The translations under genes and the position numbers were made by a program. Shown one piece after another: positions 19,918-27,706 of a stretch of DNA of 47,359 bases. Origin of the DNA: Candidatus Woesearchaeota archaeon (lineage in GTDB: Archaea > Nanobdellota > Nanobdellia > SCGC-AAA011-G17 > DATDVL01). Each line of letters starts with the position of its first letter. Within the stretch, counting starts at the first letter, position 1. Under the pieces are notes generated by a model that saw nothing but the letters and a program-made list of their open reading frames with translations, searched no databases and was not told where the DNA came from. The stretch is taken from contig CAYIRJ010000004.1 of NCBI GenBank assembly GCA_964365915.1, positions 1-47,359 of the forward strand, read 5' to 3'.

Positions 19918-21086
19918 GAAAGAAGTGTAACTAAAGATTTTGAAGGGCTATCATTAAATTGGTTAATTCCTCGTATTCGTCCTTGCCTTCCCATTGTTGC
20001 TCGTAATTCTGAAAAATTGTATAGTTCAATCGTTTTTGCCTCTAATGCTCCTCTTGATTTTGGATTGATAAGATAACCTGTTGTTCCGTTAACTATTGCT
20101 TCAACAACTCCTCCACTGTTTCCTCCTATAACTGGTATTTGATGCATGCCAGCTTCAAGAAAGACAATTCCAAAACCCTCTACATCATTAGGTGGAATAA
20201 ATTCTGTTGGTAAAACAAAAATATCAGCAGCACCATAGTGCGTTGCTAAACCCACGTTATCAACTTGATCATGAATGTGCACTCTTTCTTCGAGATTATG
20301 AAGATTTATGGTTTCTTGAATATGTGCTTTATTTGGACCATCACCTACGATGGCATAATGGATGTTAGGTATAGCTGTTCGCAGATTAGGAAATATCTCA
20401 ACAAAGCTATACTGACCTTTTCTGTCTATGAGACGCCCTACAGAGAGCACAACAAAATCATCTGGAGTATAACCAAGTGCTATTTTACAATTTGCTTTAT
20501 CTTGTAATGTTGGCGTGCTTAAAGAAGGCGGAAGTAAATGGAATCTTGCATGAATACCTTGATGTACCAATAAATTTTGCGTGAATTTGCTAATACAAAA
20601 AACACGATCTGCATCTTGTAATACAGTTTTGTAAAATAGAGCTTCATCTTGTGTGTATCCTTGATGTGCCCCTGTCGAAGAGCGGTTTTCATTAACAATA
20701 GCATTATCAATGAATACTTCTTTTGCATGGGTAATAATTCCTGTTCGTACAGAAGGTTTATATATTTTATAATCTCGACCAGCTTCTGGATGTGAGCGGA
20801 GATAACCAAAAAGTGCTATATCTGTGTTTGTTTGTCTTAAGATGTCAACAATAGTACGATTCGTTTGTCTTCTGGGAGGAGTTTCATGTTCAAAGGGAAA
20901 AAAATCGGTCCTATACACATCAAATGGTAGACTTTGATAATCTGTAACTTGGCCAATATTATTAGGAACAATAACTTGAAAACGCTCACTTGCAAAATAC
21001 TTTCTATAAATTTGCATTAAGTAAGTTGCTATGCCTCCCTTCATAGGATGGAAATCTTGTGTGATCAGTGTAACACTTTTTACCAT
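19914..21086 (-). CDS. Glycosyltransferase family 4 (GT-B, retaining)
   Basis: EGFGIVFLEAGMHQIPVIGGNSGGVVEAI (E-x7-E region), 390 aa. Confidence 0.85.
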   Translation of the reverse strand: MVKSVTLITQDFHPMKGGIATYLMQIYRKYFASERFQVIVPNNIGQVTDYQSLPFDVYRTDFFPFEHETPPRRQTNRTIVDILRQTNTDIALFGYLRSHPEAGRDYKIYKPSVRTGIITHAKEVFIDNAIVNENRSSTGAHQGYTQDEALFYKTVLQDADRVFCISKFTQNLLVHQGIHARFHLLPPSLSTPTLQDKANCKIALGYTPDDFVVLSVGRLIDRKGQYSFVEIFPNLRTAIPNIHYAIVGDGPNKAHIQETINLHNLEERVHIHDQVDNVGLATHYGAADIFVLPTEFIPPNDVEGFGIVFLEAGMHQIPVIGGNSGGVVEAIVNGTTGYLINPKSRGALEAKTIELYNFSELRATMGRQGRIRGINQFNDSPSKSLVTLLS

Positions 21087-21090
21087 AGGA

Positions 21091-21876
21091 TTATTTGAAT
21101 ACCTCTCGGAATTGTCTTAAAGATGTTTTCGCCTCCCTTGGATGTCCCCATCGATGACGATCATATGCCTGAATTAAAAAGAAAATACCTCTGCCGAAGC
21201 GTAATTCTTCTTGACTTAAGTGAGATTTTCCTTGAAAATATTGATCAAGGTAAGTTGCTTGTTCTGTTCCATTACGACAAACTCGAAGAAGAGGTCTTGC
21301 TAAATCGAAGGCGACAGGTCCATCTAATACATGTTCTAAATCAATAGCAACGAGCCTTTGTTTTGTTTTAACAATATTGCTCAGCGAATAGTCTCCATGA
21401 ATCAACCCATAAGTAGAAAATTGAGGTGTAGGCAATTCATTTTTTCTTACTAACTGATGCTGTAAAAGATAGGTGTAAACACGATCAAGTTTTTCAGCCC
21501 AACCATCTAAATTATAATTATCTACCTGGTGGAATGCTGCTTGAAGCTGTGCGACAGCAAAAATATCTAGGGTAGGTAAGGTCTCTAACACCTCTCCATC
21601 GATAAATGTAGTTACAAATCCTCGTTCAAGTATTCCTACAATAGGTGAAGAAATTATTCTTGATCTATTTTTCTCATCGAGTCTTTGTTTATATTGTGTT
21701 ATATTTGACGTTCTATCTGTAGGATGATAAATAAACGTTCCATTTGCTGTTGTAAATAATAATGGGCTTTGTCTTGTTCCTGCTTTCCATCCCGTATTAA
21801 TAACTTGGTGATGAGTGATTTCTCCAAAATTTCTTGATAATGTAGACATTACTTCTCTTACATTATTTATACTCAT
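21091..21876 (-). CDS. Protein-kinase-like phosphotransferase (APH/choline-kinase/Kdo-kinase fold)
   Basis: GLIHGDYSLSNIV (Brenner HxDxxxxN) and LVAIDLEHV (DxE). Start taken at MSINNV (21876), giving an ATGA overlap with the upstream GT4; the ORF track gives 21915. Confidence 0.7.
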   Translation of the reverse strand: MSINNVREVMSTLSRNFGEITHHQVINTGWKAGTRQSPLLFTTANGTFIYHPTDRTSNITQYKQRLDEKNRSRIISSPIVGILERGFVTTFIDGEVLETLPTLDIFAVAQLQAAFHQVDNYNLDGWAEKLDRVYTYLLQHQLVRKNELPTPQFSTYGLIHGDYSLSNIVKTKQRLVAIDLEHVLDGPVAFDLARPLLRVCRNGTEQATYLDQYFQGKSHLSQEELRFGRGIFFLIQAYDRHRWGHPREAKTSLRQFREVFK

Positions 21877-23060
21877 TTGAATAATCCTCGGTATGTTTGG
21901 AAGATAATATTCCAATCAAATAATGTTTCTGCTCGTATTCTTCCCTTTACTCCCATAGCACGTCGTGTTGTAGGGTTTTGGATAAGCTCAACAAGCCTAT
22001 TGGCTGCTGTTTCATAATCTCTTTCAGATACTAAGAACCCCGTTTCACCATCTTGCACTATTTCAGGGACGCCTCCTACTCGAGAAGCGATGATGGGTAG
22101 ACCTGAAGCAGACGCTTCACAAAGACATCTTCCCATAGTTTCCGTGTGAACATAAGATGAGCCTCGTTCATGCTTTTCTAAGTGGATAGGCATATGTAAA
22201 AAAATATCTGCTGTCCTGAAATATGCAGGCATATCTTCTATTCTTCGTGCACCAAGTAAATGCACATTATTCAATCCACGATCAACCACTATCTTTTCGA
22301 TAGTTTCTCGTTCTGGACCATCACCTAAAATATGATATTGAAAATGGACATCTTGCCTTGTTGCTTGTTCTATTGCTCGAAGTGAATATTCCCAACCTTT
22401 AAAATCAACAAGTCGTGCAGCAGTTAGTATGTTAACAGTTTCTCTTGAGGATGATGTAGTGGGATAAAAAGTATTACAGTCAACACCACCAGTAACTTTA
22501 ACAAGTTTGTCAGAATTCACGCCGACCGATATTGTTCTATGATAAGAGTATTGACTATTGACTATGAATCTGTCTACGTATTTATTTACTAAGTTTACAA
22601 CTCTTGCTCGTGAAGCCTCTAAGCTTCTTGTAGTGTCTGTTTCATCTCCAATCCATCCAGCCACAATATCATTTCCACCTGATCGAACAATAACTTGTGT
22701 TTGTGGATATGTTTGCTTGATAATTGCAAGCGAAGGTAGCCATGTTGGACTATTTAAGTAGAAAATAGTGTTGTTAGGATCTTGATTTGCAAGGAGTATT
22801 ACTGCATCTTTCTCAAAGTTGCCAGTTAATGATTTGTTTACCAATACTTCTAAATCTTTATTTGCAAGTGCTTGTGCTGGTCCATGTGAACTGTCGCCTG
22901 GAGCTGGAACGCCGTCAGTGACTAAATCTTTAACAAATATCTTACTTATAGGAAATTCTTGATGCCCAGCAAATGCACGAGCGAATTCATACGCATGTGT
23001 TTCCATACCACCGATATGGCTAGAGAATTTTGGTGAGATAAAGCAAATTTGCTTAACCAT
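21873..23060 (-). CDS. Glycosyltransferase family 4
   Basis: ETMGRCLCEASASGLPIIASRVGGVPEIVQDGETGFLV, 395 aa. Confidence 0.85.
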   Translation of the reverse strand: MVKQICFISPKFSSHIGGMETHAYEFARAFAGHQEFPISKIFVKDLVTDGVPAPGDSSHGPAQALANKDLEVLVNKSLTGNFEKDAVILLANQDPNNTIFYLNSPTWLPSLAIIKQTYPQTQVIVRSGGNDIVAGWIGDETDTTRSLEASRARVVNLVNKYVDRFIVNSQYSYHRTISVGVNSDKLVKVTGGVDCNTFYPTTSSSRETVNILTAARLVDFKGWEYSLRAIEQATRQDVHFQYHILGDGPERETIEKIVVDRGLNNVHLLGARRIEDMPAYFRTADIFLHMPIHLEKHERGSSYVHTETMGRCLCEASASGLPIIASRVGGVPEIVQDGETGFLVSERDYETAANRLVELIQNPTTRRAMGVKGRIRAETLFDWNIIFQTYRGLFK

Positions 23061-23698
23061 TAAAACTCACCTCGTTCACGAAGAATATCGTCAACAGGTA
23101 CGCCCTTTTTAATATCTTCTTTTATCTTTTGTTCTAAATCGGCAACTGCAACACATTGTGTGAGAACTTCACTTTCAATTGTTTGAGGAATAACAGCGAC
23201 CGCATCATAATCACCAAATAATAAATCTCCTGGCTTGATAGTACATTCTCCAATAATGACTGATATATCTAATTTATCAACAATACCTCTCTTTTTAATA
23301 TCTCGAGCATAGTTGGTTCGCGCAAAGACAGGATAACACATATTTATGGTTTCAATAGTATCTCTTGTACAACCATCAATAATTGTTCCATCAACACCCC
23401 GATATTGAGCTAATGTTGCCATGAGTTCCCCAAAAAATGCCATTTCTTTGAAACCATTTCCAACAACAAGAACATCTCCCTTATTTAATTGCTCAAGAAA
23501 ATGGGGTCCTCTATAAACCTCTCGGTGGTCTTCACCATTAGTAATCGGTTTAAGAGACATTGGTCTTGCTCGCCCAAATAAACGTGCTTTAACAAAGTTA
23601 GGTTTAATGTCTGAAGGAAGTAATTGGTGTGTATACCCCATTTCGTCTAAAACATCAGAGATTATTGCTGAAGAGAGACGTGTTTTATAATCAATCAT
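23060..23698 (-). CDS. RraA-like family protein (class II pyruvate aldolase / RNase E regulator fold)
   Basis: GDVLVVGNGF..AFFGELMATLAQYRGVDGTIIDGCTRD matches the RraA/HMG-CHA aldolase signature. Confidence 0.8.
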   Translation of the reverse strand: MIDYKTRLSSAIISDVLDEMGYTHQLLPSDIKPNFVKARLFGRARPMSLKPITNGEDHREVYRGPHFLEQLNKGDVLVVGNGFKEMAFFGELMATLAQYRGVDGTIIDGCTRDTIETINMCYPVFARTNYARDIKKRGIVDKLDISVIIGECTIKPGDLLFGDYDAVAVIPQTIESEVLTQCVAVADLEQKIKEDIKKGVPVDDILRERGEF

Positions 23699-25112
23699 GG
23701 TTATTCACCCTTTTAAGCCCACGCATGACTGTTTCTGCAAATGCAAAATCTTCTTCAGTATTGATGTCAATACTTTCTATTAATTGGATTGGAAGAATAT
23801 GCGGGGTTTTTCCAATGCGGGATTTACCACTGAGAAGCGCAGCTCTTCTGATAGCATATAAACTCATAGTTTCAATAATGGTTGCGGGAAGGTCAACACT
23901 GTTAGGAATATGGATTGGATCATAGTTTCTTGGTGTACCATCTGCATTCCAAAGATATATCTTTTCTCTTCGTGCAGCAAAGACACTATCATGTTCTTTT
24001 CTTACTGTCAGACGAAATACTGCTTCATCAATAGTACTTCGTAAGAGAAATGGCGCTGTAGGAAGTACCTGCACATATATATCAGCATCTGGAACTCGTC
24101 CTGCCTCGTACAAAAGCAGTTGATTACCGTCAGTGCTATTAGAGGCAAGGCTCTCTGGTCGACGTAATTCTTTATGTCCTCGTCCACTTGCAATATCAAA
24201 TACGATTTGTGATTCACTATCTAAGTAAACGTCTTGAATAGTGTGGCAAGTGAGTAAGGTATCTAAGACATGAAGGAGTAATGGTTTATCACCGAGCTGT
24301 CTAATATTTTTACTTGTAACTCGAGTGCTTGTTCCTTTTGCAGGCACAAATGCTACAACATGATATTTTTGCGCAATTTTTCCTAATAAATCTTCTTGTA
24401 CAAATACATCTAATGAACTTGTTGCATCGTTGACAATACGTCGTCCTGCTTGTTCAAATTGTCGTTGCGCTTCTTGCATATAACTTATAATGAGTGCACG
24501 ATATTCAGGATGCCCAGGTAAACCTTTTTGGATAATGTGACTTTGTGTTCTTGGAAATATTAAATTTGGGAAGTCAGTATTTCGATGAATTTCATAAGCG
24601 TGACCATCTTTTCCCCAATCGTGGTTTGTGCTCAGATCCATGCCTATAATATTTACTCTATTAAATCCAAGGAAGTATGCAAGTTGTAATGCGTCATAGG
24701 CTACTGTTTTTCCTCGCCAAAACCCCTCTTGTAAAGGATTTTGTGCAAAACGAACAACTCCCTGCGGATGACATTGCGGTACAAAGTAGGTTCGCTCATC
24801 TGCTAATTCTTGAGGAAATGTTTTGCAGGCTCCAGCAGCAATAATCTTTATAGTTGGTGTGCCTCTCAATACTCGTTCATACACATCTCTGAACTGGGGA
24901 ATAACATCTTTGTCAGCAACAATGTTAAATGTAGGAGTTACACCTGATTGCCTTAAGATAAGTGGGCTGAGGTTAAGACCAATGGTTACTTCATTTCTCA
25001 GCGCTGAGAGGTCCCTATAGGCTAAACTTGGGCCCGTTCCTGCAATAAACCCATGCTTTCCTCTGAACTTATTTTCCAAGCTAAGAAGGGCTTCAAGACT
25101 ATTTGTAACCAT
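23691..25112 (-). CDS. Fusion protein: N-terminal DUF115 (Maf / MptE-like) domain plus C-terminal CMP-sugar cytidylyltransferase (NeuA/KdsB-like)
   Basis: N-terminal GKHGFIAGTGPSLAYRDL..VTIGLN (DUF115-like). C-terminal HVVAFVPAKGTSTRVTSKNIRQLGDKPLLLHVLDTLL (acylneuraminate/Kdo cytidylyltransferase N-terminal motif). 473 aa; a TATA-like element lies upstream at 25124-25138. Confidence 0.75.
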   Translation of the reverse strand: MVTNSLEALLSLENKFRGKHGFIAGTGPSLAYRDLSALRNEVTIGLNLSPLILRQSGVTPTFNIVADKDVIPQFRDVYERVLRGTPTIKIIAAGACKTFPQELADERTYFVPQCHPQGVVRFAQNPLQEGFWRGKTVAYDALQLAYFLGFNRVNIIGMDLSTNHDWGKDGHAYEIHRNTDFPNLIFPRTQSHIIQKGLPGHPEYRALIISYMQEAQRQFEQAGRRIVNDATSSLDVFVQEDLLGKIAQKYHVVAFVPAKGTSTRVTSKNIRQLGDKPLLLHVLDTLLTCHTIQDVYLDSESQIVFDIASGRGHKELRRPESLASNSTDGNQLLLYEAGRVPDADIYVQVLPTAPFLLRSTIDEAVFRLTVRKEHDSVFAARREKIYLWNADGTPRNYDPIHIPNSVDLPATIIETMSLYAIRRAALLSGKSRIGKTPHILPIQLIESIDINTEEDFAFAETVMRGLKRVNNHD

Positions 25113-25244
25113 TATTGGATAGTGGTTTTAATATTATATAAACCATTTGTTTTTCTAACATTTGTGGTAGGTTTCTTTATCAATCACATGCATTCGACTT
25201 AAGAATCATCACCCGTTATTGCGACAGAGAGGCTCACACAAAGT

Positions 25245-25254
25245 TTTATAAATC
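25245..25254 (+). promoter_or_regulatory. TATA-box-like element for rps10
   Basis: TTTTATAAAT centred ~25 nt upstream of ATG 25275. Confidence 0.35.
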
Positions 25255-25274
25255 ACTTTTTAGAAGATATTCTT

Positions 25275-25583
25275 ATGCCTCAAGCAAGAATCAACTTATC
25301 ATCCTTAGACATTGGAAAATTGAATGAGATCTGTACCAGCATTGTCGACATTGCAGATAAAACGAAGACCCAAATTTCCGGACCGATTCCTCTGCCGACG
25401 AAGCGATTGCGCCATACGGTGAGAAAAAGCCCGTGTGGAAATGGAAAAGCTTCCTTTGATAATTTTGAGATGCGCATCCATAAGCGCTTGATCTACATGG
25501 GCATTGATGATCGAGCATTGCGATTAGTCATGAGAGTTCCTATTCCTGAAGGGGTCCAAATCAGTATTGCAAGCGTTGAGTAA
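25275..25583 (+). CDS. rps10: 30S ribosomal protein S10 (uS10)
   Basis: RINLSSLDIGKLNEICTSIVDIADKTKTQISGPIPLPTKRLRHTVRKSPCGNGKASFDNFEMRIHKRLIYM is a canonical S10 pattern. Confidence 0.9.
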   Translation: MPQARINLSSLDIGKLNEICTSIVDIADKTKTQISGPIPLPTKRLRHTVRKSPCGNGKASFDNFEMRIHKRLIYMGIDDRALRLVMRVPIPEGVQISIASVE

Positions 25584-25632
25584 ATTAATGCTGTAGTGCT
25601 CTTAATTCTTCCTTTATTCCCAGCTGGGTTTA

Positions 25633-25655
25633 ATACCCCGCAGCTCTGCTGCGGT
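25633..25655 (+). repeat. IS left-end hairpin repeat
   Basis: Exact 23-nt copy of the repeat at 26119-26141. Confidence 0.8.
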
Positions 25656-25687
25656 ACTATTATAACTTCAGCAGACATTCCAGTTTA

Positions 25688-26119
25688 ATGGATGTTCAGC
25701 ATGCGTGCCATTGTTCATATAGGATTCGCTATCACATGGTGTTTGTGCTCAAGTATAGGAAAAATCTCATCAGCGATGAGATATTTGAATTTCTGAAAGA
25801 AATTTGCAAAGGGATTGAACAGCGTTACTTCATCAAGTTCGATGCTCTTGGCAGCGATGGAGATCATCTGCATTTGGTGATTGAAGCTGCTCCTCGCTAT
25901 GCTCCATCAAATGTTATGCAGATCTGCAAGAGCATTCTTGCAAAGCAAGTCTTCAAGCAATTTCCTGAAGTGCGTGAAGAGCTGTGGAATGGAGAGTTCT
26001 GGAGTGATGGAGGACACATTGATACTGTTGGAGATGGCAGAGGACTGGATGCAGTCAGGCAATATGTAGAAAAGCAAGGTAAGAAATCAGATCAGCTCAC
26101 ACTCTACTCGTTCGTCTGA
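25688..26119 (+). CDS. tnpA: IS200-like transposase TnpA (HUH present; catalytic Tyr apparently absent)
   Basis: YHMVFVLKYRK and HLHLVIE (HUH) match the IS200 family. The C-terminal motif reads FWSDGGHIDTVG where WSxSYFxG is expected. Confidence 0.8.
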   Translation: MDVQHACHCSYRIRYHMVFVLKYRKNLISDEIFEFLKEICKGIEQRYFIKFDALGSDGDHLHLVIEAAPRYAPSNVMQICKSILAKQVFKQFPEVREELWNGEFWSDGGHIDTVGDGRGLDAVRQYVEKQGKKSDQLTLYSFV

Positions 26120-26531
26120 TACCCCGCAGCTCTGCTGCGGTTGGGTAGTTCATTTGAGCAAATTCATTCCCGGATAGATCTTTGAGAAGAATATAATTTC
26201 CGGAAGGATCTCTTGCAAATAGTTGATACGTCGGAAGCTGTTGCGAATCTTTGATAATAAAACTTGTGGAGCCTATTGTCTGGTTTATCCTGATTTCCAA
26301 GGGGATTCCCAAACCGTAAATAATATACGAAAGCGCCGATGCAACCCCGAAATCGGATGGTCTTGCAGCAATTTCTATCCTTCTTTCAAAGTCTAAGGCA
26401 TACACCCCTTTCTTAAGCATCCAAGTCTCTCCCTCTTTCTTTTTCATTTCTTCTGCAGATGTGATGCGCTCGCGCTCAAGAAAATCCAAGATATCTTTGC
26501 TGATTAGTTTTCGCAATTGAGAAGTTATCAT
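26097..26531 (-). CDS. VOC (glyoxalase/bleomycin-resistance) family-like protein whose 3' end runs into the IS element
   Basis: DPSGNYILLKD-type motif. The last ~15 codons (..TAAELRGIRRTSRV) are encoded by the IS right-end repeat and the tnpA 3' end, implying the IS insertion replaced the C-terminus. Confidence 0.5.
   Translation of the reverse strand: MITSQLRKLISKDILDFLERERITSAEEMKKKEGETWMLKKGVYALDFERRIEIAARPSDFGVASALSYIIYGLGIPLEIRINQTIGSTSFIIKDSQQLPTYQLFARDPSGNYILLKDLSGNEFAQMNYPTAAELRGIRRTSRV
26119..26141 (+). repeat. IS right-end hairpin repeat
   Basis: Exact 23-nt copy of the repeat at 25633-25655. Confidence 0.8.
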
Positions 26532-26647
26532 ATTCTTTTCTTCTTTTCTTTCTTTTAAGACTTATGAACCACTGCAGCACTCTATGAACCTGGAACTACT
26601 CTTTAATACGGAATCTTTAAAAAAGAACTTTCTTGTTTTATTTCATT

Positions 26648-26767
26648 GCCGCAGTCGCATAACCTGGTATTGCACAAATCAAGTTTTGAGTGTAGGCCTG
26701 GAAACTTCCAGAATTACTAGGGAGCTTGACCTGAAAGGGTATCACGGTTCAAATCCGTGCTGCGGCG
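26648..26767 (+). tRNA. Intron-containing tRNA-like gene, best fit class II tRNA-Ser (TGA) with a 32-nt intron (26691-26722); non-canonical, possibly a pseudogene
   Basis: Acceptor GCCGCAG/CTGCGGC+G, D arm GCA(T)-9 nt-(T)TGC, T arm CACGG-TTCAAAT-CCGTG, long variable arm (ACCTGAAAGGGTAT), candidate anticodon stem CAAGT/GCTTG with loop TTTGAG|intron. However, 5 extra nt (CAAAT) lie between position 26 and the anticodon stem. Confidence 0.4.
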
Positions 26768-26808
26768 TACTTAATAACTAGAATATTTAAGAAAGAAAAT
26801 TGTTGAAA

Positions 26809-27012
26809 TCAATTAACCTTCTTTTCTAATTTATTCTGCTCTTCTAATTTCTTCTGCTCTGCTTCCAAATCCACGCCTAAGTCTTTCAATGCATTCAGAT
26901 GCGCTTGAATCAATTGCTCAGTAATTGCAACCATTCTCAATAATTCCTGGCGCTCTTTTGCCAAGGTTGTTAATGATCCTTTATGGAAACCCACTTGTTC
27001 TGCTTTGTCCAT
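26809..27012 (-). CDS. Small coiled-coil hypothetical protein (67 aa)
   Basis: ORF only; heptad-like charged sequence. Confidence 0.35.
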   Translation of the reverse strand: MDKAEQVGFHKGSLTTLAKERQELLRMVAITEQLIQAHLNALKDLGVDLEAEQKKLEEQNKLEKKVN

Positions 27013-27063
27013 GAAAAAAAGCAGGACAGAAACTATTTAAGGCTTCTTTTTTATTATCCTCTC

Positions 27064-27441
27064 ATGCACCTTATGGAATCTTATCCTGTAACGATTACTG
27101 CTTCCCTTGATGAAGAGCTACAGCATACAACAACTGCAAGCTTTGCAGGCTATCAACCTGATAATATTGAACGTGATGAGGATGGATTCTTACGGGTATT
27201 TCTGAACAGTTATCAAATAGGAGACACGGAAACGTTAGGATTTATGAACTGGTATTCTCCTGAAAAAGTTGTCTTCATTAATGCAGATAAAGTAAGAACG
27301 CAGCCCGCGCTTGAATGGATTGTGTTGCATGAAAAAGGGCATACTTTGCATACGAATGAATTAACAAACAGAAGACACACCTATACTTACAATAACTATG
27401 CCATGCGTTCTCCTGAATTGATTCTTTCGGGAACGTACTAA
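27064..27441 (+). CDS. Hypothetical protein with HExxH (VLHEKGHTLH) motif, putative small zinc metallohydrolase
   Basis: HExxHxxH motif. Start chosen at an internal Met (27064) to avoid overlap with the divergent ORF. Confidence 0.45.
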   Translation: MHLMESYPVTITASLDEELQHTTTASFAGYQPDNIERDEDGFLRVFLNSYQIGDTETLGFMNWYSPEKVVFINADKVRTQPALEWIVLHEKGHTLHTNELTNRRHTYTYNNYAMRSPELILSGTY

Positions 27442-27662
27442 GGCCTTCTGAAAAAGATCAGCATGAGAATAAAAATAATTATTGCAAGTATCCAGAGTAC
27501 GAAAAATATTTTTTTGTTGCCAAAACCAAACAACGGAATCGGGCCGAGAAAGATTCCTCCGGAAGCCTGCACATTATTTTTATTTTGCTGCAAAGATCCC
27601 ACAATAATAAGAAGGAGAGCAATGAACAATAAGATTATTCCGATATTGAACAAATTTGTCAT
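27438..27662 (-). CDS. Small membrane protein (two predicted TM helices)
   Basis: Hydrophobic segments IGIILLFIALLLIIVG and FVLWILAIIIFILMLIFF. Confidence 0.45.
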   Translation of the reverse strand: MTNLFNIGIILLFIALLLIIVGSLQQNKNNVQASGGIFLGPIPLFGFGNKKIFFVLWILAIIIFILMLIFFRRP

Positions 27663-27706
27663 GTCTTTTTCGCGGATAAATAACCATATAAACTTTTAGA
27701 AAAAAA

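Larger units (their letters stand above)
25625..26145 (+). mobile_element. IS200/IS605-family (Y1 HUH) insertion element, tnpA only
   Basis: tnpA is flanked by identical 23-nt repeats ATACCCCGCAGCTCTGCTGCGGT (25633-25655 and 26119-26141), each containing a perfect hairpin CCGCAGC-TCT-GCTGCGG. The outer boundaries are approximate. Confidence 0.7.

Noticed and set aside
26648-26766. The CCGCAG/CTGCGG acceptor stem of the tRNA-like gene resembles the IS hairpin CCGCAGC/GCTGCGG ~500 nt away.
   Set aside because: It is only a 6-7-nt GC-rich palindrome with no extended similarity, so it is probably coincidental. It could be revisited if IS200 target preference in this genome turns out to be tRNA-linked.
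26584-26781. 65-aa plus-strand ORF.
   Set aside because: It overlaps the tRNA-like gene (26648-26767), and its sequence is explained by the tRNA structure.
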